Below are positions 55,949 to 64,000 of a stretch of DNA of 64,000 nucleotides, one piece after another. The translations under genes and the position numbers were made by a program. This DNA is from Verrucomicrobiota bacterium. Its GTDB lineage: Bacteria > Verrucomicrobiota > Kiritimatiellia > RFP12 > UBA1067. Location of the stretch: the NCBI GenBank assembly GCA_023269675.1, contig JAHFSX010000002.1, positions 351,319 to 415,318 on the forward strand, given 5' to 3'. A model generated the notes under the pieces. It was not told the origin of the DNA, made no database searches, and saw only the letters and a program-made list of their open reading frames with translations. Every line of letters starts with the position of its first letter. Position 1 is the stretch's first letter.

Positions 55949-56638
55949 TCACTCGGATCGCAGGCCCGGCAGCTGCTCCTCACAGAGCCCGCGCATGCGC
56001 TGGACGGCCGCAGCCATGTCGGTCTGTTTGAACAGGAAGCTGCCGGCCACGTACATGTTCGCGCCCTGCGCCGCGCACAGCGCCGCCGTTTCGAAGTTGA
56101 TGCCGCCGTCCACCATGATGTCCAGTGCGCCCAGGCCGATCCCGCCCGCGTGTTTCCTGAGGTCGGATATCTTGGGAAGTATTTCGCTCATGAAAGCCTG
56201 CCCTCCATACCCGGGATTGACCGTCATGAAGAGCACCTCGTCGCACAGCGGCAGGTACGGCCACAACGCGGCCACCGGGGTCTGCGGGCGCACCACCAGC
56301 CCGGCACGCACCCCCCGCGCGCGGATGGCGCGCAGCCCGGCCCAGATGTCACAGTCCGCCTCGACGTGAATCTGCAGCGCCTGCGCGCCCGCGTCGATGA
56401 ACCGGCCGATAAACTGGTCCGGGCGTGTCATCATCAGGTGGACGTCGCGCCACAGCTCCGGGGACGTTTTTTTCGCCAAGGCCACCATGTCGGGTCCGAA
56501 ACTCAAATTCGGCACAAAATGCGCGTCCATGATGTCCAGGTGCAACGCGTCCGCGCCCGATGCCGCGACACGGCGGATCTCATCGGCCAGACACCCGAAA
56601 TCCGCCGCCAGTAGAGAAGGCAGTACCTGTACTTTCAT
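55949..56638 (-). CDS. rpe: Ribulose-phosphate 3-epimerase
   Basis: Start at the ATG at 56636-56638 (MKVQVLPSLLAADFGCLADEIRRVAASGADALHLDIMDAHFVPNLSFG). Full Rpe TIM barrel. Confidence 0.9.
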   Translation of the reverse strand: MKVQVLPSLLAADFGCLADEIRRVAASGADALHLDIMDAHFVPNLSFGPDMVALAKKTSPELWRDVHLMMTRPDQFIGRFIDAGAQALQIHVEADCDIWAGLRAIRARGVRAGLVVRPQTPVAALWPYLPLCDEVLFMTVNPGYGGQAFMSEILPKISDLRKHAGGIGLGALDIMVDGGINFETAALCAAQGANMYVAGSFLFKQTDMAAAVQRMRGLCEEQLPGLRSE

Positions 56639-56649
56639 AAGCGCGAAAT

Positions 56650-56690
56650 TATAATGAAACGGAAGGTGCATTGCAAACGCCGCCACAAAA
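56650..56690 (-). promoter_or_regulatory. Near-consensus sigma70 promoter TTGCAA-N17-TATAAT for rpe, implying an essentially leaderless mRNA
   Basis: Minus-strand reading: tttgcaa tgcaccttccgtttcat tataat ttcgcgctt ATG. The -10 element ends 9 nt before the start codon, and there is no SD. Confidence 0.4.
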
Positions 56691-56708
56691 AAATTCGGCC
56701 GCCACGGT

Positions 56709-56737
56709 TGACGCCTTGGCGCGCGTCAGCTAAAGTA
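56709..56737 (+). promoter_or_regulatory. Divergent sigma70-type promoter candidate TTGACG-N17-TAAAGT for the 56751..57815 gene
   Basis: ttgacg ccttggcgcgcgtcagc taaagt. The spacer contains the palindrome tgacgc..gcgtca (possible operator). Confidence 0.3.
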
Positions 56738-56750
56738 CGACCAACATGCG

Positions 56751-57815
56751 TTGTTAATCATGCCACACACCCCCAGTCATAGGAGTAGCCGGAGCGGCGA
56801 GGTCGGGCACCGCGGCAACCGCCGCAGCGCACCGAACAGCGAGCGCGGCGGCGCCCCCCGGGCGCCCGCCGTCAGCGGACAGCCGGAACGCCGCGGCCGC
56901 CGGCGCCCGGAGCTGCCGGTAACAGGCGTATCCGGCAAGAATGCGGCCGCGCTGTGCGTGATGTTCGCGTTTCTCGGACTGGGCCTCGTGGCCGTCGCCG
57001 AGATCGTCTCCCGGACGAACCGCGAGCTCATCAACCCGGTCTTCAACGTTCTCTCGGGCGCCGGCACGCTCGCGGCCGTGGCCACAGGCGTCTACTCGCA
57101 AACCCTCCAGCTGCGGCACTGGAGCCGGCGCGTCAAACGCCGCCTGTGGGTCGGACTGCCCGTGGCCCTGCTCACCGCGCTGATGGTCACCCACAACTTT
57201 TTCGCCAGATCCGAACCCTGTGAAGCTCCGACGCCCGACAAACCGGCGCGCCCGGCCGCGGCCGAGGGCGCCACGGAGGACGGTGCCCTGGTGAAGCCCG
57301 GCTGGTACGGCGAGCTTCAGCAAGACCGGCTCTTGCTGGTCGTCACCTCCTTCGAGGACCATGCCGCCGAGACCCGGCAGTTTTGCCGGCGCCTCTCCAA
57401 GCCGGTCTCTTACGCCACGCTCTCGCTGATCAATCTCGGTACGCTCGAGCCGGTCGTCCTGCGGTCCCTTGAGGTCGGCCTCCGCCTGGACTCCGGCGAG
57501 GAGCTCCAAAGCTGGGCCGTCAGGCCGCTGCTGGAACAGAAGCGCGACCTGAACGGCGACCTGCTGCCGCTGCTCACGGTGCCGCGCACGCTCGCGGCGG
57601 GGGCGATGCTCCCTGACATCCCCGTCTGCCGGGAGACCAATTTCCCCTGGGCGCACGTGACGGCGGTGACCGTCAACCTGGGCTCCGGGCCCCTCGCGAT
57701 TCCGGGCCGCCTGATGACCGAGGTCGAGAAGCGGGCGCTGCTCGCGAAAGCCACGGTGGCCCGCCCGGCCGGCGCCACAAACACCACCGCCGAGGCCTGG
57801 TTCAAAAACATGTAG
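56751..57815 (+). CDS. Hypothetical integral membrane protein (3 TM N-terminal region plus a soluble C-terminal domain); start probably internal (~56958)
   Basis: Hydrophobic helices AALCVMFAFLGLGLVAVAEIV, LSGAGTLAAVATGVY and LWVGLPVALLTALMV. Balanced composition vs the Gly/Arg-rich antisense ORF 56754..57833. The N-terminal 60 aa of the ORF are Arg-rich and probably untranslated. Confidence 0.4.
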   Translation: MLIMPHTPSHRSSRSGEVGHRGNRRSAPNSERGGAPRAPAVSGQPERRGRRRPELPVTGVSGKNAAALCVMFAFLGLGLVAVAEIVSRTNRELINPVFNVLSGAGTLAAVATGVYSQTLQLRHWSRRVKRRLWVGLPVALLTALMVTHNFFARSEPCEAPTPDKPARPAAAEGATEDGALVKPGWYGELQQDRLLLVVTSFEDHAAETRQFCRRLSKPVSYATLSLINLGTLEPVVLRSLEVGLRLDSGEELQSWAVRPLLEQKRDLNGDLLPLLTVPRTLAAGAMLPDIPVCRETNFPWAHVTAVTVNLGSGPLAIPGRLMTEVEKRALLAKATVARPAGATNTTAEAWFKNM

Positions 57816-57842
57816 GGCGCCGCGCCGCATCAAGCCCCCTTC

Positions 57843-57902
57843 CCAGAAAAAAGAGGGGCCGCATGTCGCACAGGTCTTGTACCCCGTTCAACATGCGGCC
57901 CC
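57843..57902 (-). terminator. Rho-independent terminator candidate after glnK (amtB-glnK operon end)
   Basis: Minus-strand reading: ggggccgcatg-(27 nt loop)-catgcggcccc, then tcttttttctggg. An 11 bp GC-rich stem with a T6 run. The loop is long. Confidence 0.4.
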
Positions 57903-57929
57903 GTGTGCCCTGCCCTCCGCCGGGCGGGG

Positions 57930-58271
57930 TTAGCCGATGGCCTTTCCGCCCCGCTCGCCCGTGCGGATCCGGACCGTCTGCTCCAGGTCGAGCACGAAGA
58001 TCTTTCCGTCACCGACCTGGCCCGTGCGGGCGCCGCCCTCCACGGCCTCGACGGCCGCGTCCACGAACTCGTCGTTGACGGCGATCTCCAGCTTCACTTT
58101 CCGCAGCAGGCTGCCCGCCTCGGTATGGCTGCGGTAAACCTGCGCAATGCCCTTCTGGCGGCCGCGCCCCATGACGTTGGAGACGGTGACCAGGTGGATC
58201 TCCTTCGCTGTCAGACGGTCTAAGACCTCGTCCATGCGATCCGGCTGAATGATGGCAACAATGTATTTCAT
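57930..58271 (-). CDS. glnK: Nitrogen regulatory protein P-II (GlnK-type; adjacent to amtB)
   Basis: MKYIVAIIQPDRMDEVLDRL...VMGRGRQKG...TGQVGDGKIFVLDLEQTVRIRTGERG: the P-II fold with a T-loop. ATG at 58269-58271 with SD agagagga 8 nt upstream. Confidence 0.85.
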   Translation of the reverse strand: MKYIVAIIQPDRMDEVLDRLTAKEIHLVTVSNVMGRGRQKGIAQVYRSHTEAGSLLRKVKLEIAVNDEFVDAAVEAVEGGARTGQVGDGKIFVLDLEQTVRIRTGERGGKAIG

Positions 58272-58304
58272 GATCAAATTCCTCTCTTCTTGGGTGTTTA
58301 TGCG

Positions 58305-59666
<1,362 letters not shown>

Positions 59667-59819
59667 GACGTATCCCTCCTAGTGTCGGCGCCTCATGCAA
59701 GGCACCTGTTTATTGTACTCACTGCCAAACGTCCAATCGCACGTTATGGCGTGGATATCGCATATAGCGGGCCAACTCTTTAAAACGCGCAAAAAATGGT
59801 CTTTATCGGCCGAAATTCA

Positions 59820-59867
59820 ATAAAAAAAACGCGCGGGTGAAGCCGGCACGCGGAGGGCTCCGCGCCG
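59820..59867 (-). terminator. Rho-independent terminator candidate downstream of the BNR-sialidase-like gene
   Basis: Minus-strand reading: ggcgcgg-agccctccgcgtgccggcttcac-ccgcgcg followed by tttttttt (T8), with a nested cgcggag/ctccgcg hairpin. Confidence 0.4.
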
Positions 59868-59975
59868 AAGCTGTCACATCCCCGCGCCGCTCCAACATCA
59901 TCGATACATTTTTGTCACTATCCTGAGCTAGGCGAAAATCTAATCCGCCTGTCCGGCTTTAAACGTTCAAAATTG

Positions 59976-61154
59976 TCAGTTCATATTGCGCACGCGCCAC
60001 CGGGTCCCCATCAGGCAGGCTTTCTCGCCCGCTTTCTCGGCCTGATAGTAGACGGTCAGGATCGAGCCGTCCGGCAGCTCGGCCGAAGCGGGATATCCGA
60101 GGTCGCCGTCGAAGTGCCCGGCCAGCTTGATCTCGTTGGCCACGTCCCAGGTGCGCCCCCCGTCGTCGCTGAGGCACGCGTACTCGCCGCAGGCGCCGGA
60201 GCGGCGCCCGTACACCGTCAGAATTTTTCCGCTGCTGAGCCGGAGCAGGTGTGGCGGCAAGCCCGCCAAGCGGGTCGGCCGCATCACGGTCCAGGTCTTG
60301 CCGCCGTCGGCGCTCTCGGACTGCCGCAGGCACCCGCCTGGGCCGTGATACCGGACCTGAGCCACGATGCGCCCGTCGCCCGTCTCGACCGCGTGCGGCT
60401 CGTGAAACATCTGCGGGGCCTGCTCCTCCGGCGAAGGGTGGATCTCCGACAGCATCTGCCAGCTCGCCCCCTGATCGCGCGACTCCTCGACCGAGATGAC
60501 GGTCTGCTCGCCTTTGAAATACCGCCCCACATACAGCAGGCGCCCGTCTTTGAGCAGGATCGGCCCGTGCGGCGTCGACCCGGCCGTGCGCACCGGCTTC
60601 AGCCACGTCCGTCCCCCGTCGGAGGAGCGCATGGTGTAAGCGCCCAGCCACTCGTCCTTCACCGCCTGCGGAATCTTTTCGTCGTGAAGGAACCACTGCT
60701 CTTTGGCCGAACCGGACGGCAGCTTCGCGCGGTCGCGGATGCTCTGGCAATAAGCCAGCGACGTGAACCACGCCACCACCAGGTCGCCGTTCGGCAGCTC
60801 GATGATCCCCGCGTCGCGGTCGTCCAGCGGCGTGTTGCCGATCGTCACCGGCGCGCCCCACGTCCCCCCCAGGTCCGTGCTCTTCACCATCTGAACCTTG
60901 CCCCACGGGCAGATGTGCGCGTCGCGGTCGCCGGAAAAGACCGCCAGCAGTTCGCCGTTCTTGCGCAGGCAGACCGACGGCCAGCCGATGTAGCGCCCCG
61001 GCTCCTTGCAGAGCACGCGGGTCCACTCGATCGCCGCGCGCTGCTGCTGTATCGCCGCGCCGCGGATCTCGCCCGGCACCGCTTCCTGCGCCCGCGCACT
61101 CGCCGCAACGGCCACCGCCGCCCACACCAAATAACCGGCCCTTACCATACCCAT
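59976..61154 (-). CDS. Secreted BNR/Asp-box exo-alpha-sialidase-like (GH33-like) six-bladed propeller glycosidase
   Basis: Start at the ATG at 61152-61154 (MGMVRAGYLVWAAVAVAASARAQ). Asp-box repeats SSDGGRTW, SADGGKTW and SDDGGRTW; STDLGGTW. ~390 aa, the size of a single-domain sialidase. Confidence 0.7.
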   Translation of the reverse strand: MGMVRAGYLVWAAVAVAASARAQEAVPGEIRGAAIQQQRAAIEWTRVLCKEPGRYIGWPSVCLRKNGELLAVFSGDRDAHICPWGKVQMVKSTDLGGTWGAPVTIGNTPLDDRDAGIIELPNGDLVVAWFTSLAYCQSIRDRAKLPSGSAKEQWFLHDEKIPQAVKDEWLGAYTMRSSDGGRTWLKPVRTAGSTPHGPILLKDGRLLYVGRYFKGEQTVISVEESRDQGASWQMLSEIHPSPEEQAPQMFHEPHAVETGDGRIVAQVRYHGPGGCLRQSESADGGKTWTVMRPTRLAGLPPHLLRLSSGKILTVYGRRSGACGEYACLSDDGGRTWDVANEIKLAGHFDGDLGYPASAELPDGSILTVYYQAEKAGEKACLMGTRWRVRNMN

Positions 61155-61295
61155 CGGCGTCCCCTTTTCGCTTACGGCCCACCCCCGGCCCGTCCACATT
61201 CACACACTCATGTCGCGTACTTTACCCCTGCCAAGCAGGAATGTCAACCGGCCCGCACGGGCCCGCTTCGCGCGCGCCCAAGCGGGTGCGTTTCA

Positions 61296-61555
61296 ACTTT
61301 GTTGAATCCACACCCAAAGAAGGAGTTAGGAGTTGCAATGCCCTGAAAGTGAACGCGTTCGCGCGATGCACGAGAGTCCGTGTTCGTGTCTTCAAAATGA
61401 AGTCACCTGTATGGCTCCAATTAACGGTTCTTCGCGGAAGCGTTCCTCCTTGCCTAACGCCCTGTTCTCAAAGTCTTATGCGCTTCCAACTCCTAAATCC
61501 TAACTCCTAAATTCTCCTGGGTGCGACTCAGTTTCAACGAAACTGAATCGCACCC
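61296..61555. repeat. Inverted-repeat-bounded ~190 bp element (IR GGAGTTAGGAGTTG at 61322-61335 / 61488-61508) plus an adjacent 17 bp-stem perfect-ish palindrome (61519-61555)
   Basis: Left ggagttaggagttg; right caactcctaaatcctaactcc (reverse complement). Direct gtttcaac repeats at both ends. Hairpin gggtgcgactcagtttc-aac-gaaactgaatcgcaccc with one mismatch. Lies in the divergent region between the sialidase-like gene and the CHASE sensor gene. Confidence 0.4.
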
Positions 61556-61691
61556 CGCCCAAGCCCTTGCGCATTGACTTTATGTACTCGTTGGGCCATT
61601 CTATTCACATTGGAGTTTCGACTCAGGCGCGGGGCCAGCCTTGGGGCCGGCCTGAACAGGGCACAACCGGCGCGGAAGGGAAGACTTCCAC

Positions 61692-64000
61692 ATGGCAAAC
61701 AACCACCAGCGTCCGTCCTCGAGGGCTTATGTGCGCGTCCTCTCGGCTGCCTCGGCGCTGGTCGTGGCTACCGGCGTTTGGCAAACCTATCAGCTCGGGA
61801 ACAAGGCCGAACTGCACCAGCGCGAGATGCTGCTTGCGAACGCCACCGCCATCGCGCGGACCATTCCGGTCGAGCGGGTCAAGCAGTTGTCGTTCACCGC
61901 GGCTGACAGGGAGACGCCCGTTTATCAGCAGCTGAGTGCCCAGCTGTCCGCCGCGGGCGAGCACCTTGGGCTGCGGTCCATCTACACCATCGCCCGGCGC
62001 GGCGGCGGCTACGTGTTCGGACCGGAAAGCGTGTCCCGCGACGAGCCCGTCGCCGCGCCACCGGGCACGCCGTATCAGCAAGCCCCGCGCGAGGTGGCGG
62101 ACGTTTTCAAATGCCACGTGCCGAAATCAACGGACGTCTACACGGATGAATACGGCACGTTCGTCTCCACGTTCGTGCCGGTCCTGGAACCCAGCACCGG
62201 CGAGGCGCTGCTCGTGGTCGGCATCGACGTCTCGGCCGCAACGTGGCAGAGGCGGATCGCGCAGGCCCGCCAGGTCCCGCTTTTCCTCACGCTCACCCTG
62301 TTGTCGATCCTCATGCTGAGCCACTTCGTTCTCGGAAAACGGCGGCGCCTGCAGCCCCGGCGCCCCTGGCGGATACACTGCGCTGAGGCGGTCTTGTGCG
62401 CCTTGGTCATGCTGACGCTGACGGCGGCCGCCACGTGGCACATCCACGCGTCGGAACGCCAGACCCGGCTGGCGACCTTCTCCTCGCTCGCCTACGCCCA
62501 AGCGTCCGGCATTGCCAGAGAGCTCTGGGATCTTCGCGAAAAAATCGACGGCACCCGCCGTTTTTTCCAGGCCAGCGACTGGGTGGACCAGAACAAGTTC
62601 CATCTCTTTTCAGAGCGGCTCACGCAAGACGGCGCCACGCAGGCCTGCCTGTGGCTGCCCGCCGTCCCGGCGCGGGAATTGGCGCCGTTCGAGGAGGCGG
62701 CGCGGCGGCAGGGCCTGGCGGATTTCAAGGTCTGGCAGTTCAGCGGGCAAGGCGAGCGCGTGCCCGCCTCCGGCCGCGAGACCTGCTATCCCGCGCTCTT
62801 CATCGAAGCGCGTGCCGGACTCCAGCGCGGACTGGAGGGGTATGACCTGAGTTCCGAACCGGTGCGGCGGCAAGCGATCGAAAAGGCTGTGCGCAACGGG
62901 TTGCCCTCCGCCACGGAAACGGTGACGCTTTTCGCCCTGACGAATACCCCGGCCGGCATCGTCATTTTCCAGCCGGTCGCCTCGGCGCGCCAGCAGGGCC
63001 TCACCGCCCTGGCCGTCCGCATGGACGACCTCATCAAGACCCCGCTTTACAGGGCCGGCAGCCTGACGCGCGGCCTCGTGGCCGAACTCTTCCAGCTGGA
63101 CGGCGGACGGCCGGCGCTCATTCTCGCGTCGTCAGACCCCCACGGGCACCCTTCCAGCGCCGACTGCTGGCCGGCCGGAGGCTCCAGCCTCAAGATCCGC
63201 GTGCCGGTCTTCTGTTTCGGCAAGGTCTACGCCGTCGTCATCCACACGACACCCGCCTGGCTGGCCCGGCATCCGTTGCGCGAAGGGTGGACGGCCGCGA
63301 TGGCCGGGCTCCTGGTGACCGTCCTGCTCACGGCCTTTATCGCGCTCCTCAGCAACCGCAGGACCGCCCTGGAGCGGGAAGTCCAAAGCCGCATCACCGC
63401 CCTGCGTCAGGCCGAACAGCTCTATCAGACGCTATTCCAGGAGATGCACTACGGCTTCATCCTGTGCGAGGTGGTCCGCGACGCGCAGGGGCAGCCCGAC
63501 GATTACCGCTTCCTGAGCGTCAACCCCGCCTTTGAGCGCATCACCGGATTCGAGGCGGCCCCCTTGATCGGGAAAACCGTCAGCGAGGTGCCGTTCTACA
63601 CCAACCCCGTCTGGCCCCAAATCTACCGTCAGGTGGCCATCACCGGCGACCCGGAAAACTTCACCTCCTTCATTCAGGAGGCCAACCGCTTTATCGAGGG
63701 AACGATTTTCCGGCCCAGCCCCAACCAGATCGCCTGCATCTTCGCTGACGTCACCTCGCGCAAGCGGGCCGAGGACAAGGTGCAGGCCGCCGCCGAGGAG
63801 ACGCGCCGCCTGCTGGCGGAGGCGGATCAGGCGCGGATCGTTCTGCTCCGGGCGGCGGAAGAGCAGGCGCGGACCGACGAAGCCCTGGTTCACGAGCGCA
63901 ACCTGCTCTACGCGCTGATGGACAACCTGCCGGACTGCATCTACTTCAAAGACACGCGCTCCCGCTTCATTAAGATCAGCAAGGCCCAAGCCGTCTCGCT
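61692..64000 (+). CDS. Membrane sensor protein with two periplasmic sensor regions (second is a CHASE domain) and at least two cytoplasmic PAS domains. Partial (runs off the window end); likely a histidine kinase or cyclic-di-GMP enzyme.
   Basis: Open frame from ATG 61692 to the window end with no stop. Not in the ORF track because it is incomplete. TM1 VRVLSAASALVVATGVW, TM2 PLFLTLTLLSILMLSHFVL, TM3 AVLCALVMLTLTAAATW. The CHASE-like block GYDLSSEPVRRQAIEKAVRNGLPSATETVTLFALTNTPAGIVIFQPV matches the GfDmasepvRr.Al....tg....t.pv.L CHASE signature. TM4 AAMAGLLVTVLLTAFIALL. PAS (FILCEVVRDAQGQPDDYRFLSVNPAFERITGF), a coiled-coil linker, then a second PAS beginning LLYALMDNLPDCIYFKD. Confidence 0.7.
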   Translation, partial: MANNHQRPSSRAYVRVLSAASALVVATGVWQTYQLGNKAELHQREMLLANATAIARTIPVERVKQLSFTAADRETPVYQQLSAQLSAAGEHLGLRSIYTIARRGGGYVFGPESVSRDEPVAAPPGTPYQQAPREVADVFKCHVPKSTDVYTDEYGTFVSTFVPVLEPSTGEALLVVGIDVSAATWQRRIAQARQVPLFLTLTLLSILMLSHFVLGKRRRLQPRRPWRIHCAEAVLCALVMLTLTAAATWHIHASERQTRLATFSSLAYAQASGIARELWDLREKIDGTRRFFQASDWVDQNKFHLFSERLTQDGATQACLWLPAVPARELAPFEEAARRQGLADFKVWQFSGQGERVPASGRETCYPALFIEARAGLQRGLEGYDLSSEPVRRQAIEKAVRNGLPSATETVTLFALTNTPAGIVIFQPVASARQQGLTALAVRMDDLIKTPLYRAGSLTRGLVAELFQLDGGRPALILASSDPHGHPSSADCWPAGGSSLKIRVPVFCFGKVYAVVIHTTPAWLARHPLREGWTAAMAGLLVTVLLTAFIALLSNRRTALEREVQSRITALRQAEQLYQTLFQEMHYGFILCEVVRDAQGQPDDYRFLSVNPAFERITGFEAAPLIGKTVSEVPFYTNPVWPQIYRQVAITGDPENFTSFIQEANRFIEGTIFRPSPNQIACIFADVTSRKRAEDKVQAAAEETRRLLAEADQARIVLLRAAEEQARTDEALVHERNLLYALMDNLPDCIYFKDTRSRFIKISKAQAVS

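Noticed and set aside
59959-61203. Alternative-frame 414 aa ORF overlapping the BNR sialidase-like gene on the same strand
   Set aside because: Gly/Arg/Ala-rich frame-shifted shadow of the real frame (59976..61154), which has Asp-box repeats and a signal peptide.

Overview
High-GC (~63-65%) bacterial chromosomal segment, almost entirely minus-strand coding for the first 36 kb. The content suggests a PVC-type (Verrucomicrobia/Kiritimatiellota-like) glycan degrader, with several large secreted beta-helix (autotransporter-associated-repeat style) proteins and giant secreted glycoside-hydrolase-like proteins. Two kinds of content interleave. Housekeeping genes: iorAB, rmlC, pgi, valS, xerC, topA, dprA, rlmI, rpoD, sod, lepB, lepA, rpe, amtB-glnK, yraN, slyX. 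A carbohydrate-utilisation set: partial rhaT, a GH78-like rhamnosidase, a SASA-type esterase, two GH42-like giants, a BNR sialidase-like protein, an alpha/beta-hydrolase esterase and TIM-barrel GH-like proteins. No CRISPR, tRNA, rRNA or IS transposase was found. The most unusual part is a ~2.4 kb insert between dprA and rlmI. It is bounded by two direct copies of a ~85 bp palindromic MITE-like element. It carries a small DKAAAD-hexapeptide-repeat protein with an apparent +1 frameshift, a triple tandem ~95 bp repeat array and a secreted beta-propeller protein. Other notable points: two neighbouring secreted proteins share a ~170 aa C-terminal module at near nucleotide identity; one beta-helix gene is ATGA-coupled to a GH42-like giant; several dispersed palindromic repeat families occur; a leaderless rpe has a consensus promoter. 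All protein-family calls rest on recognising motifs by eye (no database search was possible). Many ORF-track entries are antisense shadow ORFs, and several starts were moved to internal ATGs from TTG/GTG-extended ORFs.
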